Source of the DNA: Angelakisella sp.
GTDB taxonomy: Bacteria; Bacillota; Clostridia; Oscillospirales; Ruminococcaceae
Reading direction: 5' to 3'
Assembly (NCBI GenBank): GCA_013316495.1
Contig: WSMP01000001.1
Coordinates: 1-42,063, forward strand
Length of the DNA: 42,063 bases
Below the pieces are notes generated by a model. It searched no databases. It saw only the letters and a list, made by a program, of their open reading frames with translations, and had not been told where the DNA came from. The translations under genes and the position numbers were made by a program. Positions 18,385-26,854 of this stretch are shown here, one piece after another (position 1 is the stretch's first letter; every line of letters begins with the position of its first letter).

Positions 18385-19518
18385 ATGAAATATTCTTCTA
18401 ACGAAATTGCAGAACTCACAGCGCTTTTCACTGAATTTTTGCAAAACTATCAAAGGCCAGAAAAAGAAGAAGAAAGAACCTTAGCAGAACTATACTTAGA
18501 GTACCTGACACGGATATGTGGGCAAGGTAGTTCCAGAGCTTTCGGAAACAAAGTGTTAATCGCAAAAAGAATCCTTGCCGACATCGGCAATCAACAGATT
18601 TCTGAATTGACGACAGCATCCATCGCAAGATACTTAAACAAATGGACACAGCGAACCTATTTCCGCGCCGGAGTTCAACATCATTATGCGCAGTCATATA
18701 TTGACAAAATCTATACCCAACTTAAAAGCGTACTTAGCATGGCTGTTGATGATGGCATATTTTATACGAATCCTATGGACAAAGTTATCTGTCCAATTTC
18801 TCAAGCTCCTCCAAAAGACGATATGCCTCCATACAGTCAGAAAGAAATTCAAACACTTCTATTGGCATTTTCAAATGATCCCTGGTTCTATGCGCAGGCG
18901 GTCATTTTGTTATATACGGGCATACGGCCAGGTGAACTTTGGCCCCTATGCTTTACCGATTTTGATTTTGAAAAGCATACAGTAAAAATCAGACGCGCCC
19001 TTTCAGTTGAGCGTTCTGCAAACTTATCTAATTTCAAGACGAGCGTTACCAAGCCAATGATAAAGGGACTTAAAAACGAAATACGCGGAAAAAAGAATTA
19101 TGCAAGAAGGGAACTTTTTATAAGCCCTATCGTAGAAAATGCAGTTTGTAACCTCAGAAGTTTTATTGAACAGGATGAGCTTTGGATGGCTAAACGATTA
19201 AGGCAAAAAACCTCCCAGTATCTTTTTGCCAAACAAGATGGGGGTCTTACAACGCCCGATCTGTACGCTCAACATTTCCGCCAAAAACTTTATAGTATTG
19301 GTCTGGATCCAAAAGAGTATGTACTCTATCGCTTTCGTCATACTTTTTGTACACGGTTATTTAAAGAACTACACCTTGATCCAAAAACTGTGCAAAGAAT
19401 GATGGGCGATAACAGTATTGATATTGTTATGCGTGTGTACAACTCCATCAACAATGATGATGTCCTCGCCGCCAGCAGAAGATATGCACAATATGCAGAT
19501 AACGCTTATCAATTTTAA
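18385..19518 (+). CDS. int: Tyrosine recombinase/integrase
   Basis: YTGIRPGEL (Arg I), YRFRHTF (Arg II), VQRMMGD...VMRVY (Tyr nucleophile); adjacent to the tRNA fragment; visibly AT-rich. Confidence 0.9.
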   Translation: MKYSSNEIAELTALFTEFLQNYQRPEKEEERTLAELYLEYLTRICGQGSSRAFGNKVLIAKRILADIGNQQISELTTASIARYLNKWTQRTYFRAGVQHHYAQSYIDKIYTQLKSVLSMAVDDGIFYTNPMDKVICPISQAPPKDDMPPYSQKEIQTLLLAFSNDPWFYAQAVILLYTGIRPGELWPLCFTDFDFEKHTVKIRRALSVERSANLSNFKTSVTKPMIKGLKNEIRGKKNYARRELFISPIVENAVCNLRSFIEQDELWMAKRLRQKTSQYLFAKQDGGLTTPDLYAQHFRQKLYSIGLDPKEYVLYRFRHTFCTRLFKELHLDPKTVQRMMGDNSIDIVMRVYNSINNDDVLAASRRYAQYADNAYQF

Positions 19519-19535
19519 AAAAAAGGAGGAATACC

Positions 19536-20327
19536 ATGAAAAAACCTATCATTATTTCTGTTACAAATGAAAAAGGAGGCGTAGGCAAAACTACCACCGC
19601 GTTGAACCTGGCCGCTGGTCTGGCTACTGCCGGAAAGTGGCCGCTCCTAATTGACCTGGACAGCCAGCAGAACCTAAGCGACTATCTGGGCTGCGATTTG
19701 AGCGGCAGGAACCGAACCATCAGCGACCTCATTTATTCTGCGGTAGCCGGTCAGGATGTGGATCTGGAAAGCTGCATCCACCACAACCCGGAAGGCCTGG
19801 ACTACATACCTGCCTCTAAAATGCTGGCGACCGCTCCCAGCATCCTTTCCAATGACCGGGACAGCGGAACCGTTCTTCAGAGAACCCTGCGGCAGAAGGA
19901 AATGAGCCGATATGATTACATCATTCTAGATTGCCGCCCTGCCTTGGACCTGCTGGTAACAAACGCTCTGGCAGCCAGCGATGCTGTGCTCATTCCGGTG
20001 CAGGCGGAAAAATTTGCGGTAGATGGCTTAGAGGGCCTGCTGGGCACGGTTAGCCGTGTCCAAAGGTCACTGAACCCGGAACTGCAACTGCTGGGAGTCC
20101 TCATTACAATGGCAGACCGGCGGACCAATATGGCCCGCGAGGTGGAAAAAGCTCTCCGGGATGCCCTGGGAGAAAAGGTCTTTTCCATCGTTATCCCCCG
20201 GATGATCGAAGCATCGGTATCCACCAATAACCAGCGGAGCCTGGTCAACGACCCCAGCAGCAAACTGGGGGCCTGCTATAAGTCCCTTGCGGAGGAGGTG
20301 ATCGCTCGTGGCAGCGCTCAATCTTAG
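19536..20327 (+). CDS. parA: ParA/Soj family ATPase
   Basis: NEKGGVGKTTT deviant Walker A, LIDLDSQ, YDYIILDCRP, LIPVQAE. Confidence 0.93.
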   Translation: MKKPIIISVTNEKGGVGKTTTALNLAAGLATAGKWPLLIDLDSQQNLSDYLGCDLSGRNRTISDLIYSAVAGQDVDLESCIHHNPEGLDYIPASKMLATAPSILSNDRDSGTVLQRTLRQKEMSRYDYIILDCRPALDLLVTNALAASDAVLIPVQAEKFAVDGLEGLLGTVSRVQRSLNPELQLLGVLITMADRRTNMAREVEKALRDALGEKVFSIVIPRMIEASVSTNNQRSLVNDPSSKLGACYKSLAEEVIARGSAQS

Positions 20328-21360
20328 AACCCGACTGGACAGCATCCCTACTCCGGAGGAGAGCTTTGCGGAGATGTTTGGCGATTCCGGAGAGACAGTG
20401 CTGGTGAAGCCGCTGAAAATCAGCGATCTTGCTCCCTATCCCGACCAGCCTTTCCGGCCCTACAGTCCAGACAAGCTGAAACTGCTGGCAGAGGATATCC
20501 GGCAAAACGGCATCCTCTCCCCTGTCATTGTTCGCCCCATGCCGCCGGACATGGAGCGCCGCTATGACTATTACCAGATCCTTTCTGGGCATAACCGGGT
20601 AGCAGCGGCGCAACTCCTCCGGATGGAAACCGTTCCAGCAATTATCAAAGAGGTGGACGATGACCTTGCCCGGCTGATTTTGGTCAACACCAATCTGAAC
20701 CAGCGGGATGAGCTGCTTCCCAGCGAAAAGGCGTTTGCTTATCGGATGCAGATGGATGCGATGAAGCACCAAGGGCAGCGAACAGATTTAACTTCCGGAC
20801 CATTGGTCGAAAAGCTGATGGTGAAAAATGGTGCAGAACATGAGGATATAAACTTTAGCTCCAATGGAGCCAAAGTTCACACGGTAGCATCTATAGCAGA
20901 GACTAGCAACGAGAGCGCAGCGCAAATCAAGCGGTATGTCCGCCTGACCTACCTTGTAAAGGACCTTCTGGACAAAGTAGATACGGGGAATCTCCCCTTC
21001 CGGGCCGGGGTAGACCTCTCCTATCTGAGCGAGGATGAGCAAATGGAGGTAGACGCCTATCTGCTAGAGACCCGCAGGAAAATCAGCCTGGAACAGGCGG
21101 CAGCGCTGAAACGGTACTCCGCAGAACTCGGACCCATTACCCGGAATGATATTGAGACGTTGTTTCAGGAGGGAAAAACTGAACGGCAGCCTGCAATTAA
21201 ATTTACCCAGAAAAACCTTTTCCAGCTGCGTCAGTTTCTGCCCAAAGGGGCAAAAAATCAGGAGGCGATAGATTATATTTTGGAGGCGCTGAAATATTAC
21301 AACCTCGCACAGCAGATGGACCGAAAGGTTCCGTTGGAATTGCCTGGATTTGAGCCCTAA
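20308..21360 (+). CDS. parB: ParB/RepB/Spo0J family partition protein
   Basis: PYPDQPFR, GILSPVIVRP, ILSGHNR, SEKAFAY, HTH QIKRYVRL; overlaps parA. Confidence 0.9.
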   Translation: MAALNLRTRLDSIPTPEESFAEMFGDSGETVLVKPLKISDLAPYPDQPFRPYSPDKLKLLAEDIRQNGILSPVIVRPMPPDMERRYDYYQILSGHNRVAAAQLLRMETVPAIIKEVDDDLARLILVNTNLNQRDELLPSEKAFAYRMQMDAMKHQGQRTDLTSGPLVEKLMVKNGAEHEDINFSSNGAKVHTVASIAETSNESAAQIKRYVRLTYLVKDLLDKVDTGNLPFRAGVDLSYLSEDEQMEVDAYLLETRRKISLEQAAALKRYSAELGPITRNDIETLFQEGKTERQPAIKFTQKNLFQLRQFLPKGAKNQEAIDYILEALKYYNLAQQMDRKVPLELPGFEP

Positions 21361-21374
21361 TACAGGGTGGAACC

Positions 21375-21403
21375 TTGCAAATCAAGGGAAGTTATGATAT
21401 GAT
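21375..21403 (+). promoter_or_regulatory. SigA-type promoter of Rpn-like nuclease gene
   Basis: TTGCAA-17 nt-TATGAT with extended -10 TG. Confidence 0.65.
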
Positions 21404-21429
21404 GACAACAGAAGGAAGCAGGTGACATT

Positions 21430-22257
21430 TTGACCGTATCGACAACTGGCCGGTGGCATGAGAAAGATTTACAGCGGCTGAAGGATTTCCGTCTTATGGA
21501 CGATGATTTCCTGACGAAATGTTTTGAGGGAGAAACCGCTGGCATCCAGTTGGTTCTTCGCATCCTTATGGATAAGCCTGACCTGCTGGTGACGGAAAGC
21601 CGGACCCAGGTCTTTGTGGAGAACCTGCTGAACCGTTCGGTCCGCTTGGATGTGCTGGCAACCGACAGCGATGGAAGAAAATTCAATGTAGAGATCCAGC
21701 GTGCCGACCGGGGAGCAGGGAGAAAAAGGGCAAGATACAACAGCAGCATGATGGATGCAAACCCCCTGGAAAAGGGGAGCGATTTCGATGACCTGCCGGA
21801 AACCTATGTGATTTTCATCACCGAAAATGACGTCATCGGAGACGGAGAAGCACTCTACCAGGTGGAGCGGTGTATCCTGAAGTCTGGTAAGAGCTTTGGC
21901 GATGGTTCGCATATCCTGTATGTGAATGGAGCATACCGGGACGAGACGCCCATTGGCAGGCTGATGCACGATTTCGCCTGCACCGACCCTGGGAAAATGT
22001 ACTATGAGGCATTGGCCGACCGGGTGCGGTTTTTTAAGGAAAGCAAGGAAGGAGTTGCCGTTATGTGCAAAGCTATGGAAGATATGAGAGAAGAAGCCCT
22101 GAAGGCAGGCATGGAGAAAGGCCTGGAAAAGGGCCTGGAAAAGGGCATGATCGACACTGCTAGGCGTATGCTCCAGTTGGGGAAATACGCAGTGGAGGAA
22201 ATCGCTAGTATTTCCGGTCTGCCTCTGGAAGAAGTTTTGAAGCTGAAAAACGTATAA
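21430..22257 (+). CDS. Rpn-like PD-(D/E)XK nuclease family protein (PDDEXK_2-type putative transposase)
   Basis: RLMDDDFL, VRLDVLATD...NVEIQR, RARYNSSMMD, YVIFITEND, C-terminal EKGLEKGLEKG repeats + IASISGLPLEEV. Confidence 0.85.
   Translation: MTVSTTGRWHEKDLQRLKDFRLMDDDFLTKCFEGETAGIQLVLRILMDKPDLLVTESRTQVFVENLLNRSVRLDVLATDSDGRKFNVEIQRADRGAGRKRARYNSSMMDANPLEKGSDFDDLPETYVIFITENDVIGDGEALYQVERCILKSGKSFGDGSHILYVNGAYRDETPIGRLMHDFACTDPGKMYYEALADRVRFFKESKEGVAVMCKAMEDMREEALKAGMEKGLEKGLEKGMIDTARRMLQLGKYAVEEIASISGLPLEEVLKLKNV
22063..22257 (+). CDS. Putative in-frame internally initiated small protein (RpnS-like antitoxin, 64 aa)
   Basis: Strong internal SD AAGGAAGGAG, 8 nt before an in-frame ATG (MCKAMEDMREE...). 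Confidence 0.55.
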   Translation: MCKAMEDMREEALKAGMEKGLEKGLEKGMIDTARRMLQLGKYAVEEIASISGLPLEEVLKLKNV

Positions 22258-22280
22258 TAAAGAAAACGGATACTTCTGCA

Positions 22281-22310
22281 AAAGGCGCTGTTTTTAGCAG
22301 CGTCTTTTTT
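22281..22310 (+). terminator. Rho-independent terminator after Rpn gene
   Basis: AAAGGCGCTG...CAGCGTCTTT followed by a T tract. Confidence 0.7.
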
Positions 22311-22359
22311 GTTTGCCCCAACCCAAACATCAAAAATTCCGGGAAATGGAGAAAAGGAA

Positions 22360-22728
22360 ATGCGAATTTTGAAAGTGGAGCCGGGAGCGGCCCCCTACGA
22401 AAAGGAGCTTCAGAACGACTTGCACAGCGTTCAGGCAGAGGTCGGCGGCGGTCTCTTTCAGCTGGTATATTTGGGAAACGGCGTAATGCTCTGCTACAAT
22501 GAGGAGGGAAAGCTGAATGGAATGCGCCCCAACCGCTGGTTGGAGGATGATATCATCTGCGGTCCCTTCTTTTTGGTGGGAGATGACGGCAAGGGCGAGT
22601 TTATCTCTCTCACCGATGAGCAGGTGGCAGAATACCAGGAGCGGTTCAGTGAGCCGGTGCAGTTCACCGGCGGGGAAATGCAGTTAAAACCGCAGATGGA
22701 ATTTTTCTCGATGCAGGAAGAAATGTAA
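22360..22728 (+). CDS. DUF3846-like protein
   Basis: MRILKVEPG...LHSVQAEVGG...NEEGKLNGMRPNR...DIICGPFFLVG pattern, common on Clostridial ICEs. Confidence 0.75.
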   Translation: MRILKVEPGAAPYEKELQNDLHSVQAEVGGGLFQLVYLGNGVMLCYNEEGKLNGMRPNRWLEDDIICGPFFLVGDDGKGEFISLTDEQVAEYQERFSEPVQFTGGEMQLKPQMEFFSMQEEM

Positions 22729-22782
22729 TATCTACTCAAACACAGGCGTCCGAATTTCCTTGTAAAATACAGCGTTTATCTG

Positions 22783-22811
22783 TTGCAAATATGTTTTAAA
22801 TATGTTATAAT
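22783..22811 (+). promoter_or_regulatory. Near-consensus SigA promoter
   Basis: TTGCAA-17 nt-TATAAT with extended -10 TG, then a GGAGG RBS. Confidence 0.75.
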
Positions 22812-22846
22812 TAAATTAGATAAATTTAGATGGAGGATGGAAAACG

Positions 22847-23407
22847 ATGAAAAAGAAACTCTCTATTTTCGGGCTTTGCGTGGTTCTGTTAGCAGTCGCC
22901 TTAGTTATTACCTTCCGGGTAATGCCCAGCCAGGCAGAAGTAATTCAGCCGGAGCTTGCGCCAGGAATCGAATCTGTCTCTACAGCGCCCAATTCCACCA
23001 GCTCGATTTCGGTGCCGCCTATCAAGCCCCTTCCCTCCAGTAGCAGCGAAGGCCAGAAGCCCCTGGAGGACAAAAAACCACCCCAGGAGAACAGCCATAT
23101 CGTCACCACCGAGGAGGATGGTAGCATCACCGACGAAACGGTGCGGCCTGAATTCAGTAAGCCAGAAGTCCCCAACCAGCCCCCGGAACTGGCGGAGGGT
23201 TCTACCCTAGATGACCCGGACAACCCACCGGAGTATGTCAGCAACTCCAGCACAAACACTAGCCAACCAAATATGGGGGATAAGAAAACCGAGAATGGCA
23301 CAAATTATATTTGGATCACCGGTTTTGGCTGGGTTGAAGACCATGGTGGTGGGACACAATCTATTGAGCTTCCCAATGGAGGGACTGGCGAAGTAATTGG
23401 ACACTAA
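22847..23407 (+). CDS. Membrane-anchored Pro/Ser-rich protein, DUF6550-like
   Basis: N-terminal KKK + hydrophobic helix, low-complexity linker, C-terminal IWITGFGWV...GGG...IG motif. Confidence 0.7.
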   Translation: MKKKLSIFGLCVVLLAVALVITFRVMPSQAEVIQPELAPGIESVSTAPNSTSSISVPPIKPLPSSSSEGQKPLEDKKPPQENSHIVTTEEDGSITDETVRPEFSKPEVPNQPPELAEGSTLDDPDNPPEYVSNSSTNTSQPNMGDKKTENGTNYIWITGFGWVEDHGGGTQSIELPNGGTGEVIGH

Positions 23408-23423
23408 ACTAAATATATACATA

Positions 23424-23456
23424 AAGGATGCGGTATTTTGTCGCATCCTTTTTTAT
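23424..23456 (+). terminator. Terminator/attenuator hairpin between the two secreted-protein genes
   Basis: AAGGATGCG...CGCATCCTT followed by a T tract. Confidence 0.6.
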
Positions 23457-23469
23457 TAGGAGGGTCCTT

Positions 23470-25257
23470 ATGAAGCGAATACTCGCACTCCTCATTGCCC
23501 TTTCTCTGCTTTTTTCTTCTGCCGCCTATGCAGACGGAGCCGGTGATGTAAATGTGGATGCCGGCGGCGGCGGGATGGATGCCGCCCAGGGTGGAAACAG
23601 TTGGTCTCCGGGAAACGATGGTGTTCGGGTCACGATTGTGAAGGAAAGCACAAAGCGTCCGGTGACGGTATCCGTTGATTTTGCAAACAATGATAACGAT
23701 ATTGATATTCACTTTGTGAAAAAATGTAAAGTAAGATATGTATCAGCTCAATCGCTAATAGTAAGTACAGAAAAGTATAAAAAGTATAGCTTTGCAAATC
23801 CAATTCCCCGCATCATCTCCCCAGATGGTAGTACGAATATAGCAGCTATAAAAACCTATTTTGGGCAAGAAGGAACAATACAGGATATTTGCGGTCAAGT
23901 CGGCTTTAACTTTAACGAGCTTATCTCCGGTCAGTATGTAATTCTCCTGGAACCGATAATCTATCTTAAGTACAATGGCGTCATGTGTGCCATGTCCGCC
24001 ACCGAAGCAGCCTTATTTGACCGCCTCACCAACGGTGACCTGAAGGCGAAGATGGGCCTTGCTACCCACCAGAATCTGCCTCTGGCTATGTTTCTGGAGC
24101 AGGCAGAGTTAGGATTCCCCGCCTGGAGCGGGGCCACCTCCGGCATCCAGAGCGACAGCGATATTATCCAGGCCCTGGGCCTGGGGACCATCCGCTTTAG
24201 CGAGATCCCCCCGGAAGAGACCCCTGGTGGTGGTTCCGCAGACTACACCTATCACACCGATACCGACGTCATCACCACCGTTGAGGTGTACGACACCAGT
24301 GGAGAGGGCATCTCCCCGGACGACAACGCATCCATCACCTTCCGCATCGGCGGCAATACCTACCGCAAGCCCTTTGTCACCCCTCCAGGGGACAGCACAC
24401 CCCTCTGGATTAAATGGCATACACCCTCCGCACCCCAGGATATCGAAATCACTGTATCCACTACAGCGGGGCGGTTGAGCGCCAGCAGCATCACCGCCCG
24501 AATCGCCAGCCTGGAGGAGAATACACCGCCAGACCCTACTCCCCGCGACCCCATCCCCGGTCTGGATACCCCGGAGAGGTTCCGCCTGCCCCGTTTACCC
24601 TCCCAGCCGGAAAAGAAAACGGCCACCTGGGGAGAGTGGATTCCCTGGTGGCAAGAAAATCTGGTTTGGATCTCTGACCTGGAATGGGTGGAAGGCACCG
24701 AGACGGAACCTGGCTATTGGGAGGATAATGGGCATTATGAGGACAAGGGCTGGTGGGAATACGACTGGCAAAGCTACTCCGCCTCCCTCCGGGCCGAGGC
24801 AGTAGTAACTCCCGCCGACGAGGTTCCCACCGCTTACCGCCATGTTTACAACGGCTGGACTATGAAAAGCGGTTATGGAATCAACATCCAGGTAACCACA
24901 ACCACTAGCAGCAGCGGCAGAAGCGATGATTACACCAAGGCGCAAAATGTAATGGCCTTTTTTCCAGAGTTTGAGTACCAAACCTATAACCGCCTGCTGG
25001 AGCACCGCACCGAAGGCATCCGGCCTGCCTTCCAGTTACGGGTGAATGAGTGGTCCTGGGCTGGTGCCAGGAGCCACTACACCCCCTACTGGTATCCGGA
25101 CGAGATGCGATACGAGCCCCAGATGGCGGTATTTGACGTATGGACCCCCGGCGGACAGCTTTACTGTTGGGTCACCGACCATGTGACCATCGACGATGGT
25201 AGCGTCTATGACGACTGGAATGTGGTGCCGGGGCTGGGGGACCACGAGCCGTTCTAA
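23470..25257 (+). CDS. Secreted hypothetical protein (595 aa) with Trp-rich segment
   Basis: Signal peptide MKRILALLIALSLLFSSAAYA; long ORF; AGGAGG RBS. Confidence 0.8.
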   Translation: MKRILALLIALSLLFSSAAYADGAGDVNVDAGGGGMDAAQGGNSWSPGNDGVRVTIVKESTKRPVTVSVDFANNDNDIDIHFVKKCKVRYVSAQSLIVSTEKYKKYSFANPIPRIISPDGSTNIAAIKTYFGQEGTIQDICGQVGFNFNELISGQYVILLEPIIYLKYNGVMCAMSATEAALFDRLTNGDLKAKMGLATHQNLPLAMFLEQAELGFPAWSGATSGIQSDSDIIQALGLGTIRFSEIPPEETPGGGSADYTYHTDTDVITTVEVYDTSGEGISPDDNASITFRIGGNTYRKPFVTPPGDSTPLWIKWHTPSAPQDIEITVSTTAGRLSASSITARIASLEENTPPDPTPRDPIPGLDTPERFRLPRLPSQPEKKTATWGEWIPWWQENLVWISDLEWVEGTETEPGYWEDNGHYEDKGWWEYDWQSYSASLRAEAVVTPADEVPTAYRHVYNGWTMKSGYGINIQVTTTTSSSGRSDDYTKAQNVMAFFPEFEYQTYNRLLEHRTEGIRPAFQLRVNEWSWAGARSHYTPYWYPDEMRYEPQMAVFDVWTPGGQLYCWVTDHVTIDDGSVYDDWNVVPGLGDHEPF

Positions 25258-25261
25258 CAGC

Positions 25262-25284
25262 AAAAGCCCCCCGTGAGGGGGCTT
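25262..25284. terminator. Hairpin after secreted protein gene
   Basis: AAGCCCCC-CGTGA-GGGGGCTT. Confidence 0.65.
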
Positions 25285-25421
25285 AAGACATTTCATTAGG
25301 CCTCTTGCAAAAATAAAAAATGCGATAAAATAAGGGCATGAAATACGAAAAGATAGGAGTTCTTTTGCCTTCCTCATCGACGTAGGCTTTTTGGAACCAC
25401 TCGCCTAGCACGTGGTTTTTG

Positions 25422-25619
25422 TTATCTGTCTTTCCGATGTTTGTGATAATCTCCGCCTTTTGAAATGCTCTTGATAGTTACCTTGCGCAAATCTACCTCA
25501 TGTTCATGTGGGCATTTGCCTCCATGGGAATGAGATTCATGGTGTTCTACAAATTTAATCGGAGCCCCGGTCTCGTCTCGCTCAAAATAACTATAGTCTT
25601 TATCCTCGTTGCAGCTCAT
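25422..25619 (-). CDS. Small His-rich hypothetical protein (65 aa)
   Basis: AAAGGGAGGG RBS, own promoter, 8 His + 2 Cys; the only minus-strand gene supported in the element. Confidence 0.65.
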   Translation of the reverse strand: MSCNEDKDYSYFERDETGAPIKFVEHHESHSHGGKCPHEHEVDLRKVTIKSISKGGDYHKHRKDR

Positions 25620-25672
25620 AGAATTCCCTCCCTTTGATAGCAAACAGTCTATGGCTTTCATGAATTATTAAT

Positions 25673-25701
25673 ATAATAGCACAAAAGACATAAAAATTCA
25701 A
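25673..25701 (-). promoter_or_regulatory. SigA promoter of the small His-rich ORF
   Basis: Minus strand TTGAAT-17 nt-TATTAT with TGTG extended -10. Confidence 0.7.
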
Positions 25702-25746
25702 CGCAAAAGCGGACAATCATTTCAGAATTTTATGGAGGAAATAAAC

Positions 25747-26190
25747 ATGATACGAAACCCATACTATAGGAGAACTATTTATTTGCAGGCAGGGATTACT
25801 CTACTTCTTATTCTGCTGGCAAGGCATTTTTTCTCCGAAGTTCTTCCGTTGATCTCCTTTTGGGCCGCCTATCGCTGTATCCACATCCTTGCAAATGCCG
25901 CTGTTCCCAGCAGTCTGCGGCTAGAAAGTGAGGCGCGGCAACCTGATCTGGAGCCGGAACGTCGACTGGAGAAATACCAAGTAGAGCTCTGCTTTGTTGG
26001 AATGGAAAACGCCCCCTGGCGTTCCCGCTATACCATAGCCACCTTGTCGGTCTTTCTTTTTCTTCTGTGGTTCCACCTGGGCCCTCAGAGCTCCTTTATC
26101 CCTCCTGCGGCAGGTTTGCTGGGAGGTATTTTTGCGTTTCTGACAATCATTGAAAGCCAACGGTTGGTGAAGCTATGGCGGGAGGAATAA
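25747..26190 (+). CDS. Hypothetical membrane protein (about 4 TM segments)
   Basis: GGAGG RBS; two pairs of hydrophobic segments; overlaps the prepilin peptidase start. Confidence 0.65.
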   Translation: MIRNPYYRRTIYLQAGITLLLILLARHFFSEVLPLISFWAAYRCIHILANAAVPSSLRLESEARQPDLEPERRLEKYQVELCFVGMENAPWRSRYTIATLSVFLFLLWFHLGPQSSFIPPAAGLLGGIFAFLTIIESQRLVKLWREE

Positions 26191-26633
26191 GTGGGCTGCG
26201 GTTCCTACACCCCGCTGCTGTCCTGATGCTGTTGACCTTTACCGCTTGGGAGGATGGGAGAAGCCATACCATCCCGGACCGATACCCCGCTATGCTGCTT
26301 CTTGCCGGGCTGGCCGCCCCACTCCCTGCTTTAATCCAACGTCTTTTCGCTGGCGGAATCATCTTTCTTCTGTTGCTTCTTCTTGCGGTGCTGCTAGAGA
26401 TAGTTGCTGGGAAACCTTCTATTGGCGGTGGGGATATTAAACTGTATTCCGCATTGGGAACAGCACTACCCCTACGGGATTTTTTGTTTACCGCCTTAAT
26501 CGCACAACTACTTGCAGCTGGATGGCTGCTCTACATTGGTACAAAGGGCCAGAGGGATCAAGTCGTTCCTCTCGGTCCTTTTGTATTATCAGCATATCTT
26601 TTAATTTTATTGATGAAAGGAGTGTTATCATGA
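26175..26633 (+). CDS. A24 family prepilin peptidase (TadV/CpaA type)
   Basis: AWEDGRSHTIPD and GGGDIKL aspartate motifs, VPLGPF C-terminal motif; short, no methylase domain. Confidence 0.85.
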   Translation: MAGGISGLRFLHPAAVLMLLTFTAWEDGRSHTIPDRYPAMLLLAGLAAPLPALIQRLFAGGIIFLLLLLLAVLLEIVAGKPSIGGGDIKLYSALGTALPLRDFLFTALIAQLLAAGWLLYIGTKGQRDQVVPLGPFVLSAYLLILLMKGVLS

Positions 26634-26854
26634 CCAGAACCAGAACGGAGAAAAGTGCTCGCTATCAGGTCGTTGGAGTAAAAAAGCTGGATGAGCGGGG
26701 CCGTATCTCCCTGGCCCCTAAAATCTTGCACGCCGTTGGGTTAAAGGCTGGGGACATCGTTTTAATCCTATTGGACAGCGAAACGAAGCATCTGATCTTG
26801 CGTAAGACCTTGCTGGACACAGAAGTGACCAATGAAAATCTTTGTCGGGGATAG
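26630..26854 (+). CDS. AbrB/MazE/SpoVT family DNA-binding protein
   Basis: KKLDERGRISLAPKILHAVGLKAGD...LILRK; AAGGAG RBS; ATGA overlap. Confidence 0.8.
   Translation: MTRTRTEKSARYQVVGVKKLDERGRISLAPKILHAVGLKAGDIVLILLDSETKHLILRKTLLDTEVTNENLCRG

Noticed and set aside
21430-22257. Insertion sequence transposase
   Set aside because: No terminal inverted repeats or target duplication seen; this family is better explained as Rpn-like nucleases.
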